Shown here: in pieces, positions 39,394 through 48,656 of the stretch
How the letters are laid out: each line of letters opens with the position of its first letter
Position numbering within the stretch: position 1 is the stretch's first letter
Assembly: GCA_003566675.1 (NCBI GenBank)
Contig: PXCI01000054.1
Coordinates: 1-57,366, forward strand
Reading direction: 5' to 3'
Length of the DNA: 57,366 bases
DNA from: Clostridia bacterium
Lineage (GTDB): Bacteria > Bacillota > Sulfobacillia > SLMV01
Notes under the pieces: generated by a model
What the model was told of the DNA's origin: nothing
What the model saw: the letters and a program-made list of their open reading frames with translations, nothing else
Database searches by the model: none
Translations under genes and position numbers: made by a program

Positions 39394-40224
39394 ATGAAGA
39401 TGAGATTCACAAACAAGCACTGGACCCTGATCGCCACTGCAGCCGTCACGATCGCTGCCCTGGTACTCGTCACCGGGTCAATGTTGCAGGCCGAGGAATC
39501 ACCTTCTCAGGCCACGACCCCCGGTAAGTCGCTGGAGGCCGTCACAACAGAAATCACACTGTACTTCGCAGACTGGCAGGCACAGCATGTGATCCCCGAA
39601 ACGCGCGAGATAGCTCCGGAAGGCAATCTCGCTGAGATCGTGGCCCAAAACGTCATTGACGGACCTTCGGATCCCTACCTGATGACCACGTTACCGACCG
39701 ATACCATCCTCCTCTCAATCGAGGTAGTTGATCAAATTGCCTACATAAACCTGTCTGGGGAAGTGCGGGGAACCTACGGTTCAACTGGCGAGATGATGGC
39801 AATACAGTCCCTGGTATACTCACTGACCGATCTCGATGAAATCTCCCAAGTTCAGATTCTGATCGAGGGCGAGATAGCAGAAACACTGGCCGGTCACCTG
39901 ATTCTCGACGAGGCACTTCAGCGGGGGCAGATCCACACCCATCCCATCTTCATCGATGAGGAGCGCGCATCGTGGCTGCAGGAGCGGGCCGATCAGGGCA
40001 CTGAGACCTTTCGGACCGATCCCCTTGAGGCAGCAATCTTCGCCGGCAGGATGGCGGGATTCTGGGCGACCGACGCCTTCGAGCTGGTCGACGTTGACCA
40101 GAATGCCGGCACAGCAACTGTCCTGGCCGAAAGGGACGGAGAAGAGTACGTGATCCGTCTGATCCAGCCCGTTCGAACAGACGACGGAGGCATATGGATG
40201 ATCGATTCGGTCAATGATCGCTGA
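39394..40224 (+). CDS. GerMN domain-containing (spore germination GerM-like) protein
   Basis: Signal/TM sequence followed by ITLYFADWQ...LPTDTILLSIEVVDQIAYINLS...ISQVQILIEGE, which is typical of a GerMN domain. An extra C-terminal domain follows. Confidence 0.7.
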   Translation: MKMRFTNKHWTLIATAAVTIAALVLVTGSMLQAEESPSQATTPGKSLEAVTTEITLYFADWQAQHVIPETREIAPEGNLAEIVAQNVIDGPSDPYLMTTLPTDTILLSIEVVDQIAYINLSGEVRGTYGSTGEMMAIQSLVYSLTDLDEISQVQILIEGEIAETLAGHLILDEALQRGQIHTHPIFIDEERASWLQERADQGTETFRTDPLEAAIFAGRMAGFWATDAFELVDVDQNAGTATVLAERDGEEYVIRLIQPVRTDDGGIWMIDSVNDR

Positions 40225-40496
40225 ATGAATTCGAGGATAAGAAAGGCGAGCCGGGCCGCCTCTCCTCTGCCGACCTGGTCAACTGTCCTTGCCCGAGAGG
40301 GCCAGGACAGTTGATCATCTGGGATCAGGAACCCAACCCGGTTAACGGCTCCCTGGGACAAACAACCACACCAACAAGATGCTCTATGCACCGCCCTACC
40401 GCATCCTCTTGTAGCTTCGACACATACTAGCCGATCCCCTCGGCCGTTGCAACACATGGTCTCTGGGCTTTTTCATCAACAATGGGGGGAATGTGC

Positions 40497-40526
40497 GAAG
40501 GGCGCCCGGGGCCCCGGGCGCCCTTC
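40497..40526. terminator. perfect 30-bp GC-rich palindrome 3 nt after the SleB-like stop codon
   Basis: GAAGGGCGCCCGGGG/CCCCGGGCGCCCTTC. The two halves are exact reverse complements. No U-tract. Confidence 0.5.
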
Positions 40527-40529
40527 CGT

Positions 40530-41345
40530 TCATCGGGCGAATCGATGGTTTGCAATATCGAGGGTCACTGGGCGCGACCAGACGAAGGCATTGCTTGTTT
40601 TGGAGGGAGCGAAGAAGTACAGGGCCCCCAGACTGGGATCCGATCCGTTCATTGCGTCACGGACTGCCCGAAAAGACTCTGCGTCGGCGGGCTGGTAGAT
40701 CGTACCGTTATCGACCGGGCAGAACTGCATCGGCTGGTATATGACGCCTCTGACGGTATTCGGAAAACTCTCGCTACGGACACGGTTCAGCACCACGGCC
40801 GCCACTGCAACCTTACCTGCATAGGGCTCTCCGCCAGCCTCAGACTGAACCAACCTGGCAAGCAGATCAGTGTCTCCGTCAGAAAATGGTACCGAAGCAG
40901 ACGCCGTCACTGCGGCTCCCTGGGCCCCGGCCTCCGCTGACGTTGTCATCGGCACCACCAGCTGCTGGCCGGGGTGAATCAGACTGGACGTAGCGCTCGC
41001 ACTCTTAATCGCACCAACCTCTGCGCGGTACCACTGGGCAATCTCACCCAGTGTCTCTCCCCGGCTAACCACGTGAACCCTGCTGTCAGCCGGAATCCTC
41101 AGATTCTGGTCTGGGTAGATTGTTGTACCGGACAGACGATTCAACTGCTGAATCGATGCGACCGTTGTGCGATGCCTCATCGAGAGAAGCCACAGACTCT
41201 CCCCTGACCTGACCATGTGATCAACAACGGACGCGTGGGCAAGCCCCGATGAGACAAGCACCAGAACCAGCGCCACCACCAGAGCGACAGATTTCTGACC
41301 TACCTTCATCCTCACCAGAGCATCCATGATCTGCTCTAAAGCCAT
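40530..41345 (-). CDS. cell wall hydrolase, 2x LysM + SleB/CwlJ (Hydrolase_2) domain
   Basis: Signal/TM sequence, two LysM repeats (HMVRSGESLWLLS..., HVVSRGETLGEIA...), and the catalytic-domain motif LLARLVQSEAGGEPYAGKVAVAAVVLNRV. Confidence 0.85.
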   Translation of the reverse strand: MALEQIMDALVRMKVGQKSVALVVALVLVLVSSGLAHASVVDHMVRSGESLWLLSMRHRTTVASIQQLNRLSGTTIYPDQNLRIPADSRVHVVSRGETLGEIAQWYRAEVGAIKSASATSSLIHPGQQLVVPMTTSAEAGAQGAAVTASASVPFSDGDTDLLARLVQSEAGGEPYAGKVAVAAVVLNRVRSESFPNTVRGVIYQPMQFCPVDNGTIYQPADAESFRAVRDAMNGSDPSLGALYFFAPSKTSNAFVWSRPVTLDIANHRFAR

Positions 41346-41358
41346 ACTATATACCTCC

Positions 41359-41405
41359 TATATACTGTCTGATTCGATGAACCTTCATTAGTAAGACAGT
41401 ATATA
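41359..41405. promoter_or_regulatory. 12-bp perfect inverted repeat abutting the SD of the SleB-like gene
   Basis: TATATACTGTCT (41359-41370) and AGACAGTATATA (41394-41405), separated by 23 nt. On the minus strand the 3' arm ends 1 nt before GGAGG. Confidence 0.4.
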
Positions 41406-41497
41406 GAGAAGCAGAGGATAAAAACAGGGTAATCCCCTAAATAATCCTTCCATAAACGCCAAAATTAAACTAACGCAAATGAAATGATCCGGTCAAA

Positions 41498-42505
41498 CTA
41501 CCGATCGCGGACCAGGGGCATCGTCGAGCAGTGGATGCTGCCGCCGTGCTTGTGGCACTCGTCGTAAGGCACCTGGATGCATTCAAACCCCAGCCGATCG
41601 AGCTTGTCGCCCGTCCAACGAGCGGAATCAGGCATGAGAAGCTTTCCTGGTGCAAGGGCAATGCAATTCAAAGCGTTGTCCCTGGGATCAACATCAATTG
41701 GTTCGATGTCAAGACTGCGCAGCAAATCGAGGAACCAGAAAGGTAGCCTGGTGACATTCACCAGGGCCCTCTGGTAATCGACCATGACGATCGCACCATC
41801 GATGTGCAGGCTGTGACCAACGAGGGGAACCTCAATCAGTTCCACATCCTGATGTTCGAGGACATTTCGGAGTTGGTCAACACCAGCGGGATTTTGCCGG
41901 AAGCCTGTGCCTACAGCGGCATGATGTTCATCGAGAAAGCAGAAACTCCCGCCCTCCATCAGTCCCTCACCATGAATGGTCCTCAGGATCGGCATGCCGA
42001 TCTCTGCGATCTTACGAGCAACATATGCCTCTTCTCCGCGCCTGCCCGTGCCATGATCCTCGCCGACGGGCCCGAGCCGCCCGATCACGACCCCGCCCTT
42101 GACGGCCATCGCTGTGTCCCGAGTGAACATGGCATTGGGATTCCTGGGCGAGCAGTCGACGTACACGACCTCGACGCCGTGATCCCTCATGGCAGCGGTC
42201 ATCCCGTCATGTTCCTCTTGCATTTTCTTTATATCAGGCGCCTGATCGGATCGGAAATACCACTGTTCACGATCATCAATCAGAGCTTCAATGGTCGGAT
42301 CATACTTGTCCTCACTCATAACCTCCATCTCGGCACCCGGCCTGTGCACTAGAACTGCTCGCAATCTGCCAACATCGTTGTGGACCCCCCAGCGCCTTCC
42401 CCAGACGCGTTCCTGCATACCTTCTTCTTCAAAGACTGGCGTACTCTTCGGCGGTATTCTCTGCAACACCATGTGATAATACTGCGGAGTATCCTTTAAT
42501 GACAT
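41498..42505 (-). CDS. guanidino-group modifying enzyme, second paralog (arginine deiminase/amidinotransferase superfamily)
   Basis: The C-terminal catalytic Cys motif is GGSIHCSTMPLVRD. The HIDG motif is present. The start is ATG 42505 with SD GGAAGAGGTG; the ORF extension to 42694 overlaps the MATE gene. Confidence 0.75.
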   Translation of the reverse strand: MSLKDTPQYYHMVLQRIPPKSTPVFEEEGMQERVWGRRWGVHNDVGRLRAVLVHRPGAEMEVMSEDKYDPTIEALIDDREQWYFRSDQAPDIKKMQEEHDGMTAAMRDHGVEVVYVDCSPRNPNAMFTRDTAMAVKGGVVIGRLGPVGEDHGTGRRGEEAYVARKIAEIGMPILRTIHGEGLMEGGSFCFLDEHHAAVGTGFRQNPAGVDQLRNVLEHQDVELIEVPLVGHSLHIDGAIVMVDYQRALVNVTRLPFWFLDLLRSLDIEPIDVDPRDNALNCIALAPGKLLMPDSARWTGDKLDRLGFECIQVPYDECHKHGGSIHCSTMPLVRDR

Positions 42506-42543
42506 CTGTACACCTCTTCCTGATCGACAACACCGTTTTCCAG

Positions 42544-43986
42544 CTAGTCGATGTTCGTCTGTGGTTTCGCTTCTATCTTCGGCACAACTACTTGGACCTC
42601 CTTCTGCACAATCCGTTGCTTCCACGTTCCTCGAGTGAACCAGAAGGCAACCACAGATGCGCCGATCACGTTGCTCAGCAGCACACCCCACCACAACCCT
42701 GCGGAGCCCAACGTCGTGTGATGGGACAGGGCATACGCTAGGGGAACTCGCAGTACCAGGAGCGATATCGCGGAAAACGTCATGGCTGTGATGGTCTGAC
42801 CCGCACCTCTGAAGGCGCCGTTGATGACGGACATCACCCCCATGAAGCCGAAGGAGAAGGACATAGTTCTAATATAGTTGACACTGTGCCCAAGGGCGAC
42901 CACGTCCTGGTCAGTGAGAAAGATGCTCGCTGCGACCTCCGCCCCAATAAACGCGATCACCCCCATGATCGATAAGATTCCAAACATGAGTCCTGCACTC
43001 AACCACGCCGTTTTGCCTGCCCGATCCTCCCTACCGGCGCCAAGATTATGGCCCACCATTGCCGTTGTCGCCTGAGCAAACCCCATGCTGGGCTGAAACA
43101 CCACCGACGCAATCCGGTTTCCAATGCCGTAGGCCGCCAGTACCGGGGTGCCGAAGACCGCAACCGTCGCCGTCATCACAGTCATCCCCACGGCCTGCAT
43201 GGATTGCTCAGCGGCTGCCGGCAGACCAATGGTCACGATCCTTCGTATGGTGCGAAGATCAGGTTGAAGATCACGAGCCCGGACCCGAAGACCCAGATGA
43301 CCCCGGAACAGAAGTCCAATCCCAATTACCGCTGCCAGCGCCCTGGATATGACGGTTGCCACCGCCGCTCCCTGGACACCCATCTCAGGGAAGAAGCTCC
43401 AGCCAAAAATGAAGAACGGATCCAGGACAATGTTCAGAACGGTCGAAGCCACCATCAGTTTCATCGGGTTGATAGTATCGCCCGATCCCCTCACAAGGGC
43501 CTGAAAAATGAAGAAACCGAAAACAAAGGGGATCCCAAGAAACCAGGTCCTCAGATAGGCCAATGCGTCCGGAAACACATCCGGCTCGGGCCCAAGAAGG
43601 GCCAGGACTGGCGCCGCCAGCAAAAATCCCAGAAAGGCGAGAACCACGGCAACCGCACCGACAAAGGCAATGGTCTGGGCAGCAATGTAGTTGGCATCCT
43701 CATCCCTGCCGGCACCCACGTTTTGTGCCACGAGGACCGTGCCAGCCACGGTGAAACCTCCCCCAATGGATATAAACAGAAATACGATGGGGAAACTGAG
43801 GGATACTGCAGCAACGGCCCCGGCCCCCAACCTTCCCACCCAGTAAGTGTCCGCCAAATTATATAAAGTTTGGAGTAAGTTGCTCAGAACCACCGGCCAG
43901 GCCAGGGTCAGAAGAACGGGTAGAATGGGACCCTCCGTGAGATTCAGACGTTTGTACAGGGAAACCCCGGCCAGGGACATCGCCAT
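42544..43986 (-). CDS. MATE-family efflux transporter
   Basis: 480 aa, 12 TM helices. The N-terminus ILPVLLTLAWPVVLSNLLQTLYNLADTYWVGRLG is typical of MATE/NorM. Confidence 0.9.
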   Translation of the reverse strand: MAMSLAGVSLYKRLNLTEGPILPVLLTLAWPVVLSNLLQTLYNLADTYWVGRLGAGAVAAVSLSFPIVFLFISIGGGFTVAGTVLVAQNVGAGRDEDANYIAAQTIAFVGAVAVVLAFLGFLLAAPVLALLGPEPDVFPDALAYLRTWFLGIPFVFGFFIFQALVRGSGDTINPMKLMVASTVLNIVLDPFFIFGWSFFPEMGVQGAAVATVISRALAAVIGIGLLFRGHLGLRVRARDLQPDLRTIRRIVTIGLPAAAEQSMQAVGMTVMTATVAVFGTPVLAAYGIGNRIASVVFQPSMGFAQATTAMVGHNLGAGREDRAGKTAWLSAGLMFGILSIMGVIAFIGAEVAASIFLTDQDVVALGHSVNYIRTMSFSFGFMGVMSVINGAFRGAGQTITAMTFSAISLLVLRVPLAYALSHHTTLGSAGLWWGVLLSNVIGASVVAFWFTRGTWKQRIVQKEVQVVVPKIEAKPQTNID

Positions 43987-44014
43987 CGACCTCCACTCTC
44001 AGACAGCCCAACGC

Positions 44015-44449
44015 TCAAGCCTGATATTTGAGGGCTGCCTTCAGTTTGGAGAAGATACGGACTAACTCCGCCAGATCCTCCATCGTAAGATGATCGAGAA
44101 TCTGTTTGAACTCCTCAAATCTTTCCGATTCTATTTCCTCGACAACTGCCCGGCCCGCCTCTGTCACTTGCAGCAGGGTGACTCTGCGATCGGAGGGATT
44201 CGTTCCCCGGGTGATAAGTCCCTTGTCATGAAGAGAATGCACGATATTGGACACCGTGGCCTGATTGAGATTGAATTGCTCCGCCACCTGCGAGACATTT
44301 CGCGAGTCTTCAATGGCAATGTGGCGCAGGAGAAAGAACTCCGGACCTGACACATCACGGTTCTGGAAACCCTTGCGAGCATTGGTGAACTGCTTGCCGA
44401 TGGTTGAAATGAGCCGATCAAGATCCCGTATCAGTGATTCCTTTTTCAC
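44015..44449 (-). CDS. MarR-family transcriptional regulator
   Basis: 144 aa. Winged HTH: ...VSQVAEQFNLNQATVSNIVHSLHDKGLITRGTNPSDRRVTLLQVTEAG. Confidence 0.9.
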   Translation of the reverse strand: MKKESLIRDLDRLISTIGKQFTNARKGFQNRDVSGPEFFLLRHIAIEDSRNVSQVAEQFNLNQATVSNIVHSLHDKGLITRGTNPSDRRVTLLQVTEAGRAVVEEIESERFEEFKQILDHLTMEDLAELVRIFSKLKAALKYQA

Positions 44450-44512
44450 GGGTCTCCCCCCTTACTCATTGCTTATAAATATTTCTTACACAGATGGATC
44501 TGTCAAGCTCCT

Positions 44513-45859
44513 TCAGGAAAGGAGGCCAGCGATCAGGATGTAGGTCAGGGCAAGGGGAGCAATGTACTTCATGATAAAAGACCATAGAGGGATTGCGCCG
44601 GATCTGCGAACACCGAGGAATACCTCCGCTCCCGCTGCGCGCGTTCCCCATATCCACGCAACGAAGACGGTGGTGAGTAGACCTGAAAGGGGAAGGATCA
44701 GATTGGAGGTGAGCATGTCTGTGAAGCCCATGATATCCCAGCCCAGAATCCGGACATGACGCATTAGCCCCTCGGAAAGTGCAGAGGGAATGCCTGCAAA
44801 GAAGCACGAGACGCCCACAGTCACCACGGCCCGGGGCCGCGACCATCCCATCTCCTCGATGAGTAGCGCATTGAGGACCTCTAGGAAAGAGATGACCGAG
44901 GTCATCGCAGCGAAAGACAGGGACAGGAAGAACACCGTAGACCAGAACACAGCACCAGGCAGGGTGTTGAACACAGCGGGAAGGGCAATGAAGACCAGTC
45001 CAAAACCTGCCTCGGCCTCGATGCCAAAGGCGAAGAGGGCTGAGATCACAACGAGTCCGGCCAGGATGGCAATCCCCACATCAGCCAGGCTTATAATCAG
45101 TGAATTGACCGGTATGTCGTCCCTTCGGCTCAGGTAACTCCCGTAGGTCAGAACCGCTCCCATGCCAAGACTGAAGCTGAAAAACACCTGTCCAAGGGCA
45201 TCAAGGGCCACATCAAAGGACATGTCCGCGAAGTTAGGCGTAAGGAACCACACCGCCCCCTCCAATCCGCCCTCGAGAAGAAGCACCCTCCCCAGAAGAA
45301 CCAGGAGCAAAACCACGATTCCCGGGGTGAGAACCCGACCCCATCGTTCAATGCCTGCCGACACCCCGTAGAATACGATGATCGAGGCGAGGATGAGAAA
45401 GGCGCCCTGGCCGTATACGGGTAGAAGAGTGTCCGTGGTCAGGTGAGCAAATAGTTCCGTCAATCCGTCGCTGCCCAACCCAGAAAGACCGCCGGCGGCG
45501 CTCAACAGCGTGAAGATCAGTGTCCAGCCTGCTATGACAGAGTAATAGGACGCGATCAAAAAGACAGCAAGGGGGGCCACTAGACCCGCCCCCCACCAGC
45601 CTGTCCCCGGGCTGAGGTCACGAAAGGCGCCGACTACTCCCCTCTGGCTTCGCCGTCCCATTGCCAGTTCGGACATCATCAACGGGATGCCCACACCGAG
45701 GACAATGACCAGATACAAAAGAAGAAAAGCCCCTCCTCCACTTCTGGCTACGATGGTGGGGAACCGCCATACATTGCCAAGCCCAACCGCAGATCCAACG
45801 GTGGCCAGGATGAAACCTGTGCGCGACGCCCATTGTTCTCGGTCCTGAGAGTCATTCAA
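44513..45859 (-). CDS. sodium-dependent transporter (neurotransmitter:sodium symporter, SNF family)
   Basis: Signature REQWASRTGFILATVGSAVGLGNVWRFP. The start is probably TTG 45859 (SD GGGGGGG 5 nt upstream). The tracked ORF runs to 46033. Confidence 0.9.
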   Translation of the reverse strand: MNDSQDREQWASRTGFILATVGSAVGLGNVWRFPTIVARSGGGAFLLLYLVIVLGVGIPLMMSELAMGRRSQRGVVGAFRDLSPGTGWWGAGLVAPLAVFLIASYYSVIAGWTLIFTLLSAAGGLSGLGSDGLTELFAHLTTDTLLPVYGQGAFLILASIIVFYGVSAGIERWGRVLTPGIVVLLLVLLGRVLLLEGGLEGAVWFLTPNFADMSFDVALDALGQVFFSFSLGMGAVLTYGSYLSRRDDIPVNSLIISLADVGIAILAGLVVISALFAFGIEAEAGFGLVFIALPAVFNTLPGAVFWSTVFFLSLSFAAMTSVISFLEVLNALLIEEMGWSRPRAVVTVGVSCFFAGIPSALSEGLMRHVRILGWDIMGFTDMLTSNLILPLSGLLTTVFVAWIWGTRAAGAEVFLGVRRSGAIPLWSFIMKYIAPLALTYILIAGLLS

Positions 45860-46018
45860 TGAGACCCCCCCGCATCTGACTTTATAGTGTATGTATCTGC
45901 CGGGATTCATGCGAGCCGCACGGTCAGGCCTCCATCGACGTTGTAAACTGATGCCCGGTGACCAGAATATGCAGGACCAAATGTACCCCGCACTACAGCC
46001 TTCGGCAGTGTCATTGGG

Positions 46019-46581
46019 ATGACGACAAGACAAACAACGTTTATCGGCCTACTAGCAGCGCTCGCCATCATGGGAGGATTGGCGCTCTATTCTGTCGGTC
46101 AATGGTTCCCCGTTCCAGGAAGCAAGTTCCTGGTCATGGCTCCTTACTTGCGGTTGATCATGTTCATGGCTCTCCTGCGGCTCCGATCTCCATGGGCCAT
46201 GACGCAGGTCGCACAGCCCTGGCGGTTCTGGTGAGCGCAATCAGTCCCTTGATGAGCCTCGCTGTCTTCACATCTGGGCTCTGTTCGGATCTCACCGGCC
46301 GGCTGCTCCCCAGAGTTGGCCGAGCCAAAGTGCAGCTCTGTATCAAAGCAGCGCTGTTTCCCATGTACAGTGTCGTGCTGGCCCTCGTGGTCACCAACTA
46401 CCTCACCAGTGACGCTCTGTTCGGCATGATCGGCCCCATCCCACTGGTCCTCGGAGGACTACTGAACTATCTTCTCGGTCTGGGCGGAGGACTTATTGGC
46501 ATGAAGATCTCGGACCGCATCATGGTAGGTGACGTGACCTCTGAAAGAACAGGTAAGTGCGGACAAACGGGGGCAACCTGA
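46019..46581 (+). pseudogene. small polytopic membrane protein split over two reading frames (frameshift near 46150-46234)
   Basis: Frame A (46019-46234) encodes MTTRQTTFIGLLAALAIMGGLALY.... Frame B continues with TM-like sequence TALAVLVSAISPLMSLAVF... to 46581. The only ATG in frame B (46192) has no SD. Confidence 0.5.
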
Positions 46582-46645
46582 AGCATCACGCGGATGAATC
46601 GCCAGCAACCTGACGATTTCCTTTCGGGCACCGATTGATCGGACG

Positions 46646-46948
46646 TCAGTTCCGAAGCACCCGGTGCTCGATCACGAGATGCTCAGGTGGCGCTCGCTCC
46701 TCGCCACCTCTACACGCAGGATGATGGAATCCTCTGACCAGTCGATGCGCTCGTTCCGTCCATAATGCTCCTCCCTTGCCACCTACAACGGAGACCGTCT
46801 CATCTCCAATGGTGTCGTATACGTGCATGTCATCGCACATTCGGCAAAGCTTCACCCATACAATACCACTAAAGGCAATAACCCCCTCGGTGCCTTGCGG
46901 ATGGAGCTTCACATGCTCGCCAAAGATACTAGCAGGCTGGGATTGCAT
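46646..46948 (-). CDS. hypothetical protein
   Basis: 100-aa ORF. No motif recognised. Confidence 0.3.
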   Translation of the reverse strand: MQSQPASIFGEHVKLHPQGTEGVIAFSGIVWVKLCRMCDDMHVYDTIGDETVSVVGGKGGALWTERAHRLVRGFHHPACRGGEERAPPEHLVIEHRVLRN

Positions 46949-46953
46949 CGAGA

Positions 46954-47271
46954 GTGCAAGATCAATTCCACATGAAGAGGTGGGAAGAAGTGATTGCTGC
47001 TTTGTGGATAACTGGGGTAGCCGACCTTGTTCTGACTGCGTGGGGCCTGCACCTGGGCCTGATCGAGGAAGCCAATCCCATCATGGCATGGCTGTTCAGT
47101 GTATCAATGTCTGGTGCGTTGATCTTGGCCCTGGTAGTTATGACTGCAGCACTTCTGTTCCTTCACGTGGCGCGCAATCGTGTTGCCTGGGTAGATATGG
47201 CTCTACGGAGTCTACTTGCTATCCGTTTCTCGGTGCTTGTCCTGCACATGATATGGATCTCCATTCTGTAA
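46954..47271 (+). CDS. DUF5658-like small membrane protein
   Basis: Three TM helices with the characteristic E-A-N-P motif (GLIEEANPIMAWLF). The start is GTG 46954 or ATG 46972. The family call is from memory. Confidence 0.55.
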   Translation: MQDQFHMKRWEEVIAALWITGVADLVLTAWGLHLGLIEEANPIMAWLFSVSMSGALILALVVMTAALLFLHVARNRVAWVDMALRSLLAIRFSVLVLHMIWISIL

Positions 47272-47525
47272 TGCTTGAGTCAGGCCAAAGAACATTTCGC
47301 TACTACCCCGACCAAGAATCCGAGTGATCCCCAGATTTCATCGGTTGTGGTCTAATCAGGCCTCCCTCTCCCGTATCCTAGCATCAGCGAAAGTCTTCTG
47401 GGACTCTGACCAAAAGGAAAGACTATGAAGAAAATCCACCCAGAAACGGAACTTCCGCCATCTCTACCGTCCAAATATAGGGTGGATCGTATGAACGGGC
47501 GCTGATGGAACAGGAGGCATGCGAT

Positions 47526-48318
47526 ATGGCACTGATAGATGTTCAGAACGTGTCACGCATCTACTCAAGTGACAGACGCCGCGTGACTGCGCTGAAAGAT
47601 GTCAGCTTCGAGGTGCGGAGCGGAGAGTTCCTCTCAATCATGGGAGCATCGGGGTCGGGAAAATCCACCCTGCTTAACGTTCTTGGATGCCTCGATCGTC
47701 CCACCTGGGGAAGTTACTCCCTGGCAGGTAGAGATGTCTCCAGGCAGGCTCAGCACAAAGCATCTGGCAGATATACGCGGAGGCATGATCGGTTTTGTGT
47801 TTCAAACTTTCAATCTTATATCCGGTCTAACGGCTCGCAGCAATGTGGCAGTTCCCCTGATGTATCGAGGGTACCCAGGTGCCCAGCGCAGACGCATGGC
47901 GACGGCTGTGCTGAAAGATGTGGGCATTGCAGACCGGGCCGATCACCACCCCAACGAACTCTCAGGAGGGGAACAACAGTACGTAGCCGTGGCAAGGGCC
48001 CTGGTGACCAGCCCCCTCCTGATCCTTGCCGACGAACCCACCGGGAACCTTGACTCGAAATCTAGTGCTGCGATTATGAGCTTGTTCGAAAGGATCAATG
48101 GAAAAATGGGTGTCACAGGCATTCAGGTCACGCATGATCAAGCCATGGCCAGGTTCAGTAGCCGGGTGATGGTGATCCGTGACGGCGAAATCGTCCAGGA
48201 CCAGCCCATGCAGAGACAACAGCAACCTGGGACGAATATCCACAAAGTGATTGAGGGCACCGAAACAGAGGACGGGGGAGATAGGCAATGTGGCAACGAC
48301 TCCTCGCAACCGCTGTAG
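47526..48318 (+). pseudogene. ABC transporter ATP-binding protein (MacB/LolD-type), disrupted by a 4-bp tandem duplication
   Basis: Walker A GASGSGKST is in frame 0. The Q-loop FVFQ, signature LSGGEQQ and Walker [14 protein letters not shown] are in frame +1. The switch occurs at CAGGCAGG (47741-47748). Removing one CAGG restores ...GRDVSRLSTKHLADIR.... Confidence 0.85.
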
Positions 48319-48656
48319 TAATCTTACTGGTAATGGGTGGCGGCTACTATGTTTACCAGGCATTGCTGCCAGATGACGCCCAAGCTGGCGGTCCTGTGTA
48401 TGCCACCATCCCGGTTATCCGCGATGATCTCCGCATGACCATCGAGGGATTTGGGAAGTTGAATCCCATTTTTTCGAGCAGCATTCAGACGGAAACGGGA
48501 GGCTTCCTCGAGAGCCTGACCATCCAGCAGGGCGATACCGTCTATGAGGGTCAGATCGTGGGGAGCATTCGAAATGAGGATCTGGTCACCGAGATTCGGA
48601 CCCTCGAACTGGAGCTACTGCATAATTCCGAAAGTTCCTCCCCTGGTTGTGAATGA
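48288..48656 (+). pseudogene. HlyD/MacA-family periplasmic adaptor, N-terminal fragment only
   Basis: TM anchor plus the start of the lipoyl/barrel-sandwich domain (GFLESLTIQQGDTVYEGQIVGSI), ending in the first coiled-coil heptads. Homology-like sequence stops at about 48620 and the ORF runs into unrelated DNA. Confidence 0.7.

Noticed and set aside
42506-42694. 63-codon N-terminal extension of the second amidinotransferase-like ORF
   Set aside because: It overlaps the MATE gene 3' end and is Cys/Arg-rich. A good SD (GGAAGAGGTG) precedes the internal ATG at 42505.
43048-43866. 272-aa plus-strand ORF
   Set aside because: It is antisense to the MATE transporter. Its basic low-complexity composition is typical of the opposite strand of a hydrophobic gene.
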